Below, piece by piece: positions 1-10,900 of a stretch of DNA of 62,158 nucleotides. The DNA lies in assembly GCA_032654565.1 (NCBI GenBank), contig JAULAX010000021.1, forward strand, positions 1 through 62,158, read 5' to 3'. A program made the position numbers and the translations under genes. Every line of letters begins with the position of its first letter. Position 1 is the stretch's first letter. The notes beneath the pieces were generated by a model. The model was not told the DNA's origin. It saw only the letters and a list, made by a program, of their open reading frames with translations, and searched no databases. The DNA comes from Anaeromyxobacteraceae bacterium. GTDB taxonomy: Bacteria; Myxococcota; Myxococcia; Myxococcales; Anaeromyxobacteraceae.

Positions 1-42
1 CCTCCCGCCACATCCCTTCCACGCCACACCAGGAGTCCATTC

Positions 43-432
43 ATGTCCGCATCCGTGAATCGCGTTGAGCTGCTCGGCAACCTCGGGGCCGACCCCGAGG
101 TCAAGACCGTCGCCGGTGACCGCACCGTCGCCACCTTCCGCCTCGCCACCAACAAGGAGTGGAAGGACAAGGCCGGCCAGCTCCAGAGCAAGGTGACCTG
201 GCACAGCATCGAGGTCTGGGGCGTCCAGGCCAAGACCTGCGGCCAGTACCTCTCCAAGGGCCGCCAGGTCCTCGTCCACGGCGAGCTCGCCGTCGACCAG
301 TGGGAGAAGGACGGCCAGAAGCACTCCCGCGTGAAGATCGTCGCCGACCGCGTCATCTTCCTCGGCGGCTCGGCCGAGAAGGCCGATCCCGTCGTCGCCG
401 GCGAGGAGCCGGGCACCAACGACGTGCCCTAG
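43..432 (+). CDS. ssb: Single-stranded DNA-binding protein
   Basis: VNRVELLGNLGADPE, ATN, WH and YLSKGRQVLVHGEL OB-fold motifs; AGGAG RBS. Confidence 0.95.
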   Translation: MSASVNRVELLGNLGADPEVKTVAGDRTVATFRLATNKEWKDKAGQLQSKVTWHSIEVWGVQAKTCGQYLSKGRQVLVHGELAVDQWEKDGQKHSRVKIVADRVIFLGGSAEKADPVVAGEEPGTNDVP

Positions 433-452
433 CTCGGCATGCCCTTCCCCAC

Positions 453-505
453 GCCAGCGAAGCCGCGGGCCCTCCATCCTCTCAGAGGCTCCGCGGCTTT
501 CTGGC
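453..505 (+). terminator. Stem-loop after ssb (possible terminator or attenuator)
   Basis: GCCAG..AAGCCGCGG / CCGCGGCTT..CTGGC inverted repeat. Confidence 0.35.
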
Positions 506-555
506 CGGGCGGCCTCACGCCCTTCCCGCCCTCTTCCGCCCTCCAAGGACCAGTG

Positions 556-1179
556 ATGCTCGCTCGCCTCGCCCTCCTCGCTCTCCTCGTCGGCCCCTCT
601 CTCGCCAACGCTGACCAGCGCGAGCTCTACACCTCGCTCGAGGTCGCGCCTTACGTTCTCAATCTCAAGGACCCAATCTCCGAGCGCAGCACCACCACCG
701 CGCTCGCTCCCGGGGCCTCTCTCTCGGTCGCCTACGGCATCACCAACACCATCCATGTCGGCGCGGCGCTCCACTTCAGCATGGCCTCCAACGCCACCTT
801 CAAGTCCGCCCAGATCGTCCTCAGCGATGGCACCCCATCCACCGGGACGCTCTACGAGAACGTCACCGTCATGGGCGGCTCGGCCTTCGCCCTCTACCGC
901 TTCGACACCGGCACCCGCCTCTCCCCACTCGTCCAGGCCGACGTCGGCGTCGCCTCGCTCAGCTACTCCAACATCCTCTACGTCCCATCCTCCGCCTCCT
1001 ACGGCGTCGGCTCCCCCAACATCACCGAGTTCGTGCTCGAGCTTCGCGCCTCGGCTCGCGCCGAGTACCGCTTCGGCGACCACCTGGTCGCCGGCGTCGG
1101 CGCCGGGATCGTCGTCAGCCCCGGCGCCCTGCGCCCCTGGGCCATCTACTTTCCCATCAACGTCGGTTGGATCTGGTAG
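556..1179 (+). CDS. Outer-membrane beta-barrel protein
   Basis: Signal peptide (MLARLALLALLVGPSLANA), alternating amphipathic beta-strands and an aromatic C-terminus (VGWIW). Start moved to the ATG after an AAGGA RBS. Confidence 0.7.
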   Translation: MLARLALLALLVGPSLANADQRELYTSLEVAPYVLNLKDPISERSTTTALAPGASLSVAYGITNTIHVGAALHFSMASNATFKSAQIVLSDGTPSTGTLYENVTVMGGSAFALYRFDTGTRLSPLVQADVGVASLSYSNILYVPSSASYGVGSPNITEFVLELRASARAEYRFGDHLVAGVGAGIVVSPGALRPWAIYFPINVGWIW

Positions 1180-1188
1180 GGATCGCCT

Positions 1189-2412
1189 ATGAGCGGCGAC
1201 GACCCCAAGGACAAGCCCCGCGATCTCGCTGCCCTCAAGCAGCGCGTTCTCGAACAGCTTCCGCTCGACCCTTCGGCCGAGCCGGCTCCCAAGCCCGAGT
1301 CCACCAACGCCCGCTATCAGCAGCTCAAGACCCAGGGCGGACGGCTCGTCTCCGCTCGCCGCCGCCGCAGTCTCAGCCAGCAGCGCACCCTCGCTCGCCT
1401 GGAGCAGATCGGCATCGATCTCAACTCTCACCCCCCACTCCCCTCCGAGATCGCCTACCTCACCCCGTTCCTCATCCGCGCCACGCTCCCCCACAAGAAG
1501 CCCAAGGCGGAGATCCGCACCTGGCGCCGCCGCTACCACACGCACGAAGGCATCGTCACCGTCACCTACGAGGCCGGCGTCGCCGACACCGCCGATGGCA
1601 AGGGCCGGCCCATTGGGCTGCCCTACGGCGTCTACGCCCGCCTCATCCTCTCCTGGATCGTCACCGAGGCCCTCACCACCGGCTCACCCGTCCTCCGCAT
1701 CGAGCCCAACCTCACCAGTTGGATCCGCGACGCTCTCGACCTCATCCCGAGCGGCGGCGACACCGGCACCTTCACTGGCGTCCGAGACGCCATGACCCGC
1801 CTCCTCAACTGCAAGATCAAGCTGAGGCTGAACGGCAAGGACGCGCACTTCACGGTCGTCCCCATCGAAGGCGCCACCAACTTCTGGGACAAGGCGTTGG
1901 CGGCCGACGACGACGCTGCACTCACTGCCGAGGAGATCCGGGAGCTCGACCAGAACCCCCTCCAGCTCACCGTCAACGGCACCTTCTTCCAGCAGATCCT
2001 CGAGCGCAGCGCGCCCTTCCTCCTTCGCGCCCATCGAGAGCTCGCCAACACCTCCAACTGCCTCGCCCTCGACCTCTACCCGTTCCTCACGCTCAAGCAG
2101 TATTCGCTCTACATCGCCAAGGCCAAGGCTCCCGAAATCGTGAGCTGGGACACCCTCTCCGAGTTTCTCGGCCACACCTACAAGCGGCGCGACCACTTCC
2201 AGGAAGGGGTTATCGCCGCCCTCGAGATGGTCAAGAAGATCTACCCCGGCTGCAACGCCGAGGTCGTTCGCGGAGGCATCCTCGTCCGCCCTGGCGAGCC
2301 CCACGTGCCTCTCAAGGACAAGTCCCCAAAGACGGCCCTCGCGGCAGCCTCCAAGCCGACCGCTGCACTGCCCGCCCCCGACGCCGCGCCTCGCCCCGTT
2401 CGCGGCTCCTAG
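1189..2412 (+). CDS. repA: Plasmid replication initiator, RepA_C-like
   Basis: TLPH and GLPYGVYARLILSWIVTEA...ALDLY motifs typical of the RepA_C family; iteron-like repeats immediately downstream. Confidence 0.85.
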   Translation: MSGDDPKDKPRDLAALKQRVLEQLPLDPSAEPAPKPESTNARYQQLKTQGGRLVSARRRRSLSQQRTLARLEQIGIDLNSHPPLPSEIAYLTPFLIRATLPHKKPKAEIRTWRRRYHTHEGIVTVTYEAGVADTADGKGRPIGLPYGVYARLILSWIVTEALTTGSPVLRIEPNLTSWIRDALDLIPSGGDTGTFTGVRDAMTRLLNCKIKLRLNGKDAHFTVVPIEGATNFWDKALAADDDAALTAEEIRELDQNPLQLTVNGTFFQQILERSAPFLLRAHRELANTSNCLALDLYPFLTLKQYSLYIAKAKAPEIVSWDTLSEFLGHTYKRRDHFQEGVIAALEMVKKIYPGCNAEVVRGGILVRPGEPHVPLKDKSPKTALAAASKPTAALPAPDAAPRPVRGS

Positions 2413-2497
2413 AGCCTCCAGCGAGCTCCCAGGGGCCTTCCCGTTTGCAGGTTGAGAGCCGCCTCGCCAGTTTGACGGGGAGGCTCTCCCTGGCAGT

Positions 2498-2710
2498 CAC
2501 GAATAAGGACCGGGGAAATCGCATAAAAGACATGCGATTCCCGTAGGTTAAGCTCCGCAGAAAAGACGGACGTTCCGTTCGTGTCGCTGGCTCTGCCCCC
2601 CGCGCCCGAGTTGTCCACGAATGACGACCGGGATTCACGAATACGGACCGGGTAATCCCCCCCGAAGGGCTGAGAATGGCGACCGGGGACTTTACGAATA
2701 ATGACCGGGG
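2498..2710 (+). repeat. Iteron array / oriV: five copies of (C/T)ACGAATnnnGACCGGG
   Basis: Copies start at 2498, 2616, 2636, 2671 (TGAGAAT variant) and 2693, with 20 and 22 bp spacing within pairs. TTGTCCACG DnaA-box-like 9-mer at 2611-2619; AT-richer DNA follows. Confidence 0.8.
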
Positions 2711-3567
2711 AAGTTTCACCCTAAGTGCCCGTATTTCTAAGAGGCCAACGGGGGACTACCACGTAACGTTCCGTAGTTGATCGGATCTTGCTTCGTTGGA
2801 AGCTTTAGTAAGGCGAAAAGCGATGTGGATATCTTTTTCGCCTTCCAACTGCGGAGATCCGGAGCCCGACGCCAGGCATCCGGGCTCGGGGCCCCTGCCC
2901 CTACGCCCCCTCCGCTCACGCCGCCAATACCGCCTCCGGTGAAGCAGCATCGAAGAGCGAGTCGAGTTCGACCCGTTCTCCTCGAAACCTGCCCTTCATC
3001 CTCCGTTTGAACGGACGTCGTTCGCCGCCCGGGGGTCGGGGGTCCCCAGGCGTCTCCACCTGGTCGAGCTCGAGCCGAGGATCCGCGACTTCGTCACCGC
3101 GGCCGCCGAAACTTCGTCCGCGCGAACCACATCCGCGCCGGGGCGCTCGCACCAAGAAGCTCCAGCTCCCCGCTCGCCGGCGATCCGCTGCAGCGGCTGG
3201 CCGACGTCGCTCCCACCGCCCCGGGGAAAGGGTGGAACCCTCGTCCCCGCCCCCGCACCCCCAGGGTGTCGTCGCCGAAAGTGCCTCACGAACCGGCGTC
3301 GCCGCAGACGGCTGAGCTCAACGCCTCACGCCACGGGCTTCTCGCCTCAGTCGAGCTGCGCACTCACCGTCTTCACCCCACGGCCTCCGCGGCATGAAAG
3401 GCTTGCCGGATCAACGCGGTTGGGCCGCGCAAACCGATCAGGCATGGAGTGCCGTTGCTGGACCACCCCTTCAGCCTGTTTGACCAGCCGCGGAGGTCCG
3501 GCGACACTTCAAGTGAGAACGGAAGCGGCACTCTTGATGTTCTGGCCGCAGGAAGGGGATCGGGCGA

Positions 3568-6550
3568 ATGTTGAGCCGGGGATCGGAATGGCGGAGGTGG
3601 GAGCCGCATATTCATGCTCCGGGCACGGTCATGAACAACCAGTTCACCGGCCCGAACGCCTGGGACGACTACCTGACCGCGCTCGAGCGCGCTACGCCGG
3701 TCATCGAGGCTATTGCGGTCACGGACTATTGCGTCACCGAGACATATGAAGAAGTGCTGCGGCACAAGGCCGCCGGTCGGCTCTCCAGCGCTAGACTGAT
3801 TTTCCCAAACGTGGAGCTGCGGCTCGACGTCGCCACAGCGAAAGGCGGCTTCGTCAATCTCCACCTGTTCGTCAGCCCGGAGGAGCCCAGACACCTCGAG
3901 GAGCTGCGTCGCCTGCTGTCGCGGCTGCAATTCCACGCTATGCAGGACTGTTTCGACTGCACGCGAGCCGACCTCATCCGGCTGGGCAAGAAAGCCGATC
4001 CGACCATCACAGATGATCGCGTTGCGCTGGCTTACGGGGCCAACCAGTTCAAGGTCAACTTCCAGACGCTCCGCGATGTGTTCTCGGGTAGTCGATGGGC
4101 GAAGGCGAACATTCTCATCGCCGTGGCCGGCGGCGCGACGGACGGCACGTCTGGGGTGCGAGAGGCCGCGGACCAGACGATCCGCCGCGAGATCGAGACC
4201 TTCGCCCACATCATCTTTGCGAGCAGCCCCGCGCAACGCGAGTTCTGGTTGGGTCAGAAGGATCTAAGCCCCGACGAAATCCGCGCCCGGTACGGTGGGC
4301 TGAAGCCCTGCCTGCACGGCAGTGACGCGCACAAGCTCGACGACGTGGCGTCGCCATTCGGCAAACGCTTTTCGTGGATAAAGGGCGGGCTTGAGTTCGA
4401 CGCCCTCCGCCAAGCGTGCATCGACCCCGAGGGTCGCTCCTACGTCGGAGAGCAACCGCCCCGCTCGGCAGTGTCCTCGCAGGTCATCGCGCACGTCAGG
4501 ATCGACAACGCGGGCTGGGCAGCCACGCCCGACATCCCGCTCAACCCACGACTCGTTGCCATCATTGGAGCAAGGGGATCGGGCAAGACAGCTCTTGCGG
4601 ACGTGATCGCGGCCGGCTGCGATGCGATTTCGCCCTCTGGCTGGAATGCAGACGAAAGCATTAGTCCGTCGTTCTTGGCTCGGGCACGCAGCCTGGTCGG
4701 TGACGCAACTACGACTCTCACCTGGGGAGGCGAAGCGACGGTCACGCGCTCACTCGACGGCCGCGACGCCAACGGCCACATGTCCTTTCCGCGCGCCCGA
4801 TATCTCTCCCAGCAGTTCGTCGAAGAGCTTTGCTCGGCGAAGGGGGTTTCGGATGGTCTCGTGCATGAGATCGAGCGGGTGATCTTCGAGTCGCACTCGC
4901 AAGACGACTGCGAGTGGGCAAGCGATTTCGCTGAACTGCGGGACCGGCAGACCGGACGGTTTCAACAGGGCCGGGCTCGTGAGGCCGAAGCTATTTCGAT
5001 CCGACATCTCTGACCGCGTCGCGTCCGAGTTCGAGAAGGAAGGTCTCATCACCACGCTTGCGGCGCAGGTGGATCAGAAGAAGAAGTTGGTGGCGGGTTA
5101 CACCTCCGATCGCGCCAAACTGGTGGTCAAGGGCACCGAAGCTCAGGTGGCCCGCCACGCTCGGCTTAGCGAGGCGGCCCAAGGACTGCGGAACAGGATC
5201 CAGGCCTTCGGGAACCAACGCCGCGCCTTTGTCGCCCTTCAGGACGAGGTTCGAAGCATGCGCGCCACCGGCGCGCCGGAGATGCTTCGCCAAGCCAAGG
5301 CACGACACGGGAATAGCGCCCTGGACGCCAAGCAATGGGATGAATTCCTGCTGATCTACAAAGGCGACGTCGACAAGAGCCTGACGGCGTACGTCGCATG
5401 GGCGGACGGCGAAGCCCAAAAGCTCAACGGCGTTCCGCCGCCGCTTGGGGATCCGAACGTCGCGCTTGTCGCGGACGACGCTGACCTCGCGGCGCTCCCA
5501 CTCGCGCCGATCGCGGCCGAAATGACGCGCCTCGAAACGCTGTTCGGCGCCGACAAGCTCGTCCGAGACCAATACGCCGCGCTGACCAATCGCATCGCGC
5601 AAGAGAGTTCGGCGCTCCAGACCCTCGAGACTCGGCTTGTCGATGCGCAGGGTGCTGCAACGCGCCGGAAGGAACTTCAGGCCGAGCGGGACGAAACCTA
5701 CGGCCGAGTCTTCGAGGCGATCATCAACGAGCAGAACGCGCTCGCCGGACTATACGCGCCGCTGATGGCTCGACTCGCGGCCTCGTCAGGCACCCTCAAG
5801 AAGCTGAGCTTCTCGGTTCGCCGCATCGCCGACGTCGACGCATGGGGCACGGTCGCCGAGGAGGACCTGCTCGACAGACGTATGGCCGGTGCTTTCAATG
5901 GCCGCGGGACGCTGATCGCGGTCGCGAAGGAGGCACTCAAGCCCTCCTGGGAGACCGGTTCGGCAGCCGAGATTCAGGCAGCGATGACAACCTTCATGGG
6001 AAAGTACCTGAAGGACCTGCTCTCCCACGCGCCCTACGCCCCGACGCAGCAGGCCAAATTTCGCGCGTGGTCAAAGCAGTTCGCGCACTGGCTCTTCGGC
6101 ACCGATCACATCACCGTTCGCTACGAGATCTCCTATGACGGCGTCGACATCCGACAGCTCTCGCCGGGCACACGGGGGATCGTGCTGTTGCTGCTCTACC
6201 TCGCTCTAGATGATTCGGACGATCGCCCGCTGATCATCGACCAGCCCGAGGAGAACCTCGACCCACAGTCCGTGTTTAACGAACTCGTGGCGCTGTTCGT
6301 CGCGGCCAAAGCGAGACGGCAGGTCATCATCGTCACGCACAACGCCAACCTTGTCATCAACACGGACGCCGACCAGATCATCGTAGCCACCGCGGGCCCG
6401 CATCCGTCCGGCGGTCTGCCGCCCATCGCCTATTTTGCAGGCGGGCTTGAGAACGCGGAAATCCGTAGAGCCGTCTGCGACATCCTGGAGGGCGGTGAGG
6501 ACGCCTTTCGTGAGCGCGCTCGGAGATTGCGGGTGCGACTGGAGAGGTGA
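3568..6550 (+). pseudogene. PHP-domain + ABC/SMC-type ATPase (TrlF/Ppl-like defence protein), split by a frameshift near 4995-5005
   Basis: ORF1 has the PHP motifs HIHAPGT, TDY and GSDAH plus Walker A GARGSGKT. ORF2 has a coiled coil, signature LSPG, Walker B/D-loop IIDQPEENLD and H-loop VTH. The two ORFs overlap in different frames. Confidence 0.8.
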
Positions 6551-6640
6551 ATGAGCCAACTTGCTGCGTTGAGCGAACTCGCCCTCTGTCGCTGGCTGCA
6601 CTGCGCACAATCCGACGCCTCAGGTAGACTGCCGCTGCCG

Positions 6641-9600
6641 ATGGACCTCAAGACCTACATCAAACACCTCGAGAAGCTTCTCAAAAGTGGTAACGCGACG
6701 GAACTCACCTATCGCGTGGCCCTCGTCAACCTTCTCGATGGCGCCAAACCCGGTCTGACCGCGGCGAACGACCCAAAGCACGTTGACTGCGGGGCTCCCG
6801 ACGTTCACGTCTCGCTGCGTGGCACGACCCTCGGTCATGTCGAGACGAAGGACCTCGACGAGGACCTCGACACGGTGGAAGCGTCGGAGCAGCTTCAGCG
6901 CTACCTCCCAGCTCTCTCGAACCTGGTACTGACCGACTTTCTGGAGTTCCGCTGGTACGTCAACGGGGAGCGCCGGCTGACGGCCCGGCTTGCCAAGCTG
7001 ACCCATGGCCAGCTGAAGGTGGACGTGAAGGGCGTGACCGAGGTCGAAGCGCTCCTGCAGGCGTTCTTGGATGCCGACGTCCCCACCATCAAAGACCCAG
7101 AGGATCTTGCCAGGCGGATGGCGGCGCTGACCCGGATGCTGCGTCTCAGCATCACCAAGGTTCTGGACGCCGATGAACCGGGGACCGGTCTCTGGACCCA
7201 GGTAGATGGCTTCCGCAAGGTCCTGCTTCCCGACCTCGATGCCATCCGCTTCGCCGACATGTTCGCGCAGACGATCGCTTACGGGCTTTTCGCGGCACGC
7301 TGCAATCACCCAGGGAAGGAGGCCTTCACCCGCCAGAGCGCTGGCTATGACCTGCCCAGGACCAATCCATTCCTGAAGGAGGTCTTCGCCTCCATCGCCG
7401 GACCTATGCTCGATGAGAGGATCACGTGGGCGGTCGACGATCTGGCTGAGCTGCTCCACCGCACTGACCGTGATGAGGTGCTGCGTGCTTTCGGCCGGCA
7501 CACGCAAGGTGAGGATCCGGTCGTCCATTTCTACGAGACCTTCCTGGCGGCGTACGACCCGGCCCTGCGTCAGTCGAGGGGCGTCTACTTCACGCCGGAG
7601 CCCGTCGTCAGCTTCATCGTTGCCAGTATCGACAAGCTGCTCCGCAAGGACTTCAAGCTGGCCAAGGGCTTGGCCGACGCCAGCAAGAGCAAGCTCACGG
7701 TCGATGGGGCGACCGAGGAGGTCCACCGCGTTCAGATCCTGGACCCTGCAGCTGGTACCGGCACGTTCCTTCATGCCGTTATCTCCCAGGTCCAGAAGGA
7801 GTTCCGGGGCAGCCCTGGCCTGTGGTCAGCCTACGTCCGCGACCAGCTCCTGCCACGCCTCTTCGGTTTCGAGCTGCTCATGGCGCCGTACGCCGTCGCG
7901 CATCTCAAGCTTGGCCTGAAGCTGCAGGAGACCAAGTACGACTTCAAGGGTGACAGCCGCCTCCGGCTCTTCATGACCAATACCCTTGAGCTCGGGCACC
8001 ACACGGCGGGTCTGCCTGGCTTCACCAAGGCGCTTGCTGCCGAGGCGAGCGCGGCAGCAGACGTGAAGCAACATGCGCCGGTCATGGTGGTCCTGGGGAA
8101 CCCACCGTACTCCGCCGATTCCGCCAACCATGGCGACTGGATGCGACAGCTGCTCCGTGGGCACGACACACTGACCGACACGCCGACGGAGAACTACTTC
8201 CAGGCCGATGGAGCACCGCTAGGCGAGCGCAACCCGCGCTGGCTGAACGACGACTACGTGAAGTTCATCCGCTTCGCCCAATGGAGGATCGCGCGCACGG
8301 GCCACGGCATCCTGGGCTTCATCACCAACAATGGCTACCTTAACAACCCGACCTTCCGCGGGATGCGTCAGAGCCTGCTGCAGACATTCGACGATCTGTA
8401 TTTGCTCGATCTTCACGGAGGTGTCGGCCGCGCCGGCGCAGCGCACAAGGGAGACGAGAACGTCTTCGACATCCAGCAGGGCGTGGCCATCGGAATCTTC
8501 GTCAAGCGGGCGGGTCGCGGCCCGAAGCGTCCGTCGGTGGTTCGCCACGCCGAGCTCTGGGGCGACCGAGAAGCTAAGTACCATTGGCTCTGGGATCACG
8601 ACGTGGTTAGCGCCAAGTGGAAGACCATCAAGCCGGTTTCTCCACAATATGCCTTCACGCCGCAAGACGCCGGGCTGCGCGACGAGTACCAGCTCGGCTG
8701 GAGCCTGCCCGCAATCATGCCGGTGACCAGCGTCGGCATCGTCACCGCGCGCGATGCCTTGACCGTCCACCTGCGCAAGGACGACGCCTGGAAGGCCGTC
8801 ACTGGCTTCGCCGCGCTGAGCCCAAAGGAGGCACGGGAGAAGTTCGATCTTGGGCCGGACTCCCGGGACTGGAGGGTTGAGCTCGCGCAGCAAGACCTGA
8901 AGTCGAGCGGCCCCTCAAAAGCCAAACTCCAGCCCATCCTGTATCGCCCCTTCGACTTGCGCTGGACCTACTACACCGGTCGCTCCCGCGGCTTCCAGTG
9001 CATGCCGCGGGACGCCGTGATGCGCCACCTGGTCGGTGGCGAGAACTTCGGCTTGGTCTCGGCAAGGAGCAACAAGTCGGAGGTGCAGGACCAGTTCTTC
9101 TGCACTCGCCACATCACTGAGGCCAAGTGCGGTGAGTCGACCACCCAGTCCTGTGTCTTCCCTCTCTATCTCACGGGTGCAGAGCTTGAGCTTCCCGGGC
9201 TCTCCGAAGGCCGCGCCTGCAACTTGAGTCCAGCCTTCTTGGAGGCGCTCGCCACAGCGACCGGGCTGAAGTTCGCCGGCGAGGGAACGGGCGACCGCAG
9301 GAAGACTTTCGGAGCCGAGGACGTGCTCGGCTATGCGTATGCGGTCTTCCATTCCCCAACCTATCGGACCCGCTACGCCGAGTTCCTCAAGTCGGACTAT
9401 CCGCACCTCCCGCTAACCAGGACGCCAGCCCTGTTCGCGAAGCTGAGCACCCTCGGGCTCGAGTTGGTGGCGCTCCACACCGGAGGCGTGGCTGGAGCGA
9501 AGCCACCAGAATTTCCGATCTCCGGCTCGGACACCGTCGACAAGGTCCGATACGAGGCACCGACGGGAGACCAGAAGCTCGCCCGAGTCTGGATCAACGA

Positions 9601-9820
9601 GACCCAGTACTTCGGTGGCGTCCCGGAGGCCGCCTGGACATTCTCTGTGGGTGGCCACCGCCCCTGCGACAAGTGGCTCAAGGACCGGAAGGGCGTGAAG
9701 CTGAAGTACGAGGACCTGGAGGCGTACCGCTCGCTGGTGGCCGCCATCAACTCGACGACCAAACTCACAGAGGGGATCGACCAGGTGATTGGGTCGCACG
9801 GCGGTTGGCCGCTGGTCTAG
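6641..9820 (+). CDS. Fused restriction-modification enzyme (Type IIG / Type ISP-like without helicase): nuclease, N6-adenine MTase and specificity domain
   Basis: N-terminal PD..ETK nuclease motif (GAPDVHV...VETK), GVYFTP, motif I LDPAAGTGTF, motif IV GNPPY, C-terminal YRPFD/KWLKDRKG region. Confidence 0.85.
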   Translation: MDLKTYIKHLEKLLKSGNATELTYRVALVNLLDGAKPGLTAANDPKHVDCGAPDVHVSLRGTTLGHVETKDLDEDLDTVEASEQLQRYLPALSNLVLTDFLEFRWYVNGERRLTARLAKLTHGQLKVDVKGVTEVEALLQAFLDADVPTIKDPEDLARRMAALTRMLRLSITKVLDADEPGTGLWTQVDGFRKVLLPDLDAIRFADMFAQTIAYGLFAARCNHPGKEAFTRQSAGYDLPRTNPFLKEVFASIAGPMLDERITWAVDDLAELLHRTDRDEVLRAFGRHTQGEDPVVHFYETFLAAYDPALRQSRGVYFTPEPVVSFIVASIDKLLRKDFKLAKGLADASKSKLTVDGATEEVHRVQILDPAAGTGTFLHAVISQVQKEFRGSPGLWSAYVRDQLLPRLFGFELLMAPYAVAHLKLGLKLQETKYDFKGDSRLRLFMTNTLELGHHTAGLPGFTKALAAEASAAADVKQHAPVMVVLGNPPYSADSANHGDWMRQLLRGHDTLTDTPTENYFQADGAPLGERNPRWLNDDYVKFIRFAQWRIARTGHGILGFITNNGYLNNPTFRGMRQSLLQTFDDLYLLDLHGGVGRAGAAHKGDENVFDIQQGVAIGIFVKRAGRGPKRPSVVRHAELWGDREAKYHWLWDHDVVSAKWKTIKPVSPQYAFTPQDAGLRDEYQLGWSLPAIMPVTSVGIVTARDALTVHLRKDDAWKAVTGFAALSPKEAREKFDLGPDSRDWRVELAQQDLKSSGPSKAKLQPILYRPFDLRWTYYTGRSRGFQCMPRDAVMRHLVGGENFGLVSARSNKSEVQDQFFCTRHITEAKCGESTTQSCVFPLYLTGAELELPGLSEGRACNLSPAFLEALATATGLKFAGEGTGDRRKTFGAEDVLGYAYAVFHSPTYRTRYAEFLKSDYPHLPLTRTPALFAKLSTLGLELVALHTGGVAGAKPPEFPISGSDTVDKVRYEAPTGDQKLARVWINETQYFGGVPEAAWTFSVGGHRPCDKWLKDRKGVKLKYEDLEAYRSLVAAINSTTKLTEGIDQVIGSHGGWPLV

Positions 9821-9850
9821 GTGGTGGTGTGTAGGCAGGGAGCTTTCTCC

Positions 9851-10057
9851 ATGACGACCACGACTCCTTCCATTCTCGCCGGCGGCACCTACCTGCACGC
9901 GCCCAGCGGTCGCGCCGTGGTCGTCGTCGACCACGAGTACCGGCATCGTCCTCGCGCACCATCCCTCTCTGCACCCACGGGGCGTTTCATCGTCAGGGAC
10001 TCCACGGACCCCGGAGCTCCGCTTATCTGCGCCGACCCGCTCGACCTGGTCCCGTAA
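9851..10057 (+). CDS. Small hypothetical protein
   Basis: GGGAG RBS and backbone-like codon usage. Confidence 0.45.
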   Translation: MTTTTPSILAGGTYLHAPSGRAVVVVDHEYRHRPRAPSLSAPTGRFIVRDSTDPGAPLICADPLDLVP

Positions 10058-10162
10058 CTCCGGCCAAAGCTCGAAGCGTTCCTCGCTACTGCCAGTTCAG
10101 TCGTCTCCCCCCAGCCTCTCCCGCCACCGTCGCACTGCCGCGACGTCCTCCTCCAGAGCCCT

Positions 10163-10311
10163 CGCCACGCCAACAACGGGCGTGTCACGCGCTCTGGCCT
10201 AACGGGTCGGACGTCGCCAGCGCCGGTGGGGTCGAGGCCTCAGCCCATCGTGTGGCCGCTCAGCTTCTTGCGAAGCGGCCCACTCGACGGGCCGAACAGG
10301 GAGACTCACAC
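10163..10311. promoter_or_regulatory. Conserved ~145-nt upstream element, copy 1 (hairpin A + hairpin B + RBS)
   Basis: CGC-CACGCC-AACAACG-GGCGTG-TCACG at 10163-10189; long hairpin at 10243-10292 with a loop ending in GCGA. Confidence 0.7.
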
Positions 10312-10662
10312 ATGAACCAGCCTTCGCCGATCCGCAGCTTCCTCGCCAACCTCCGCCGACCGGGGTCCTCGCTGGACCTCACCCCCCCCAGGCCCTCCAA
10401 GCCCTGGCACCGTCCCCGCAACCGGCACTGCCGCATGCCCGGCGGCGTGTGCTTCGCCCTCGCCCGCACGACCGGCGTCAACCTCACCCTCTTCCGTCTC
10501 GTCACCTTCATCGGCTTCTGGTTCCTGCCGCTCCTCTTCGGCCCCATCTACCTGGCCTTCTGGTTCCTCCTCCCGCTGGAGTCCCCCCAGAACACCCGGC
10601 TGGTCCAGCCACGCGGCGCCCCCGTCACTCTCCTACCGTCCCGTCGGGCCTCGTCCCGCTAG
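10312..10662 (+). CDS. PspC-domain membrane protein
   Basis: R..GGVC..LA...G.....R and hydrophobic IYLAFWFLLP motifs. Confidence 0.75.
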   Translation: MNQPSPIRSFLANLRRPGSSLDLTPPRPSKPWHRPRNRHCRMPGGVCFALARTTGVNLTLFRLVTFIGFWFLPLLFGPIYLAFWFLLPLESPQNTRLVQPRGAPVTLLPSRRASSR

Positions 10663-10714
10663 CCTTTCGGCCGTTGCGTCTCGCGGCGCGTGTACGTACA
10701 ATGTCGGTACGTTC

Positions 10715-10900
10715 ATGCGTCGCGAATACGTCATCCAACTCCGCGCCAGCGCCGACGAACGCCGTCGGCTCGCTGCTGCAGCTCGCAGCGGCGGCCTCTC
10801 TATCAGCGCCTATCTACGCTTCGTCGGCCTCCAGAACGCTGCTGCCCTGGCCCCCGTTCCACCTCCCCCTCCACGCAAGAAGAACAGGACCCGCACATGA
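10715..10900 (+). CDS. Ribbon-helix-helix protein (MobC/NikA-like)
   Basis: IQLRAS.DE...L..AA...GLSISAYLR pattern. Confidence 0.7.
   Translation: MRREYVIQLRASADERRRLAAAARSGGLSISAYLRFVGLQNAAALAPVPPPPPRKKNRTRT

Noticed and set aside
1..5. CCTCC at both window ends as a target-site duplication or att site of an ICE
   Set aside because: The match is only 5 bp in very C-rich DNA, and no integrase or transposase was found. The only recombinase is a small resolvase.
2498..2710. Possible mini CRISPR array
   Set aside because: The repeats are short and degenerate with 3-5 nt or irregular gaps, lie next to repA, and there are no cas genes. They fit iterons better.
2850..3560. Several short ORFs between oriV and the PHP-ATPase gene
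   Set aside because: They give low-complexity Arg/Pro-rich translations with no RBS or motifs, so I treated the region as non-coding.
10184..10225. Resemblance to a c-di-GMP-I (GEMM) riboswitch (GTCACGC...GGCCTAA...GCCAG)
   Set aside because: There is no GNRA-capped P2 or GCAAA junction, and the other three copies of the leader lack these bases. An Infernal search would settle it.
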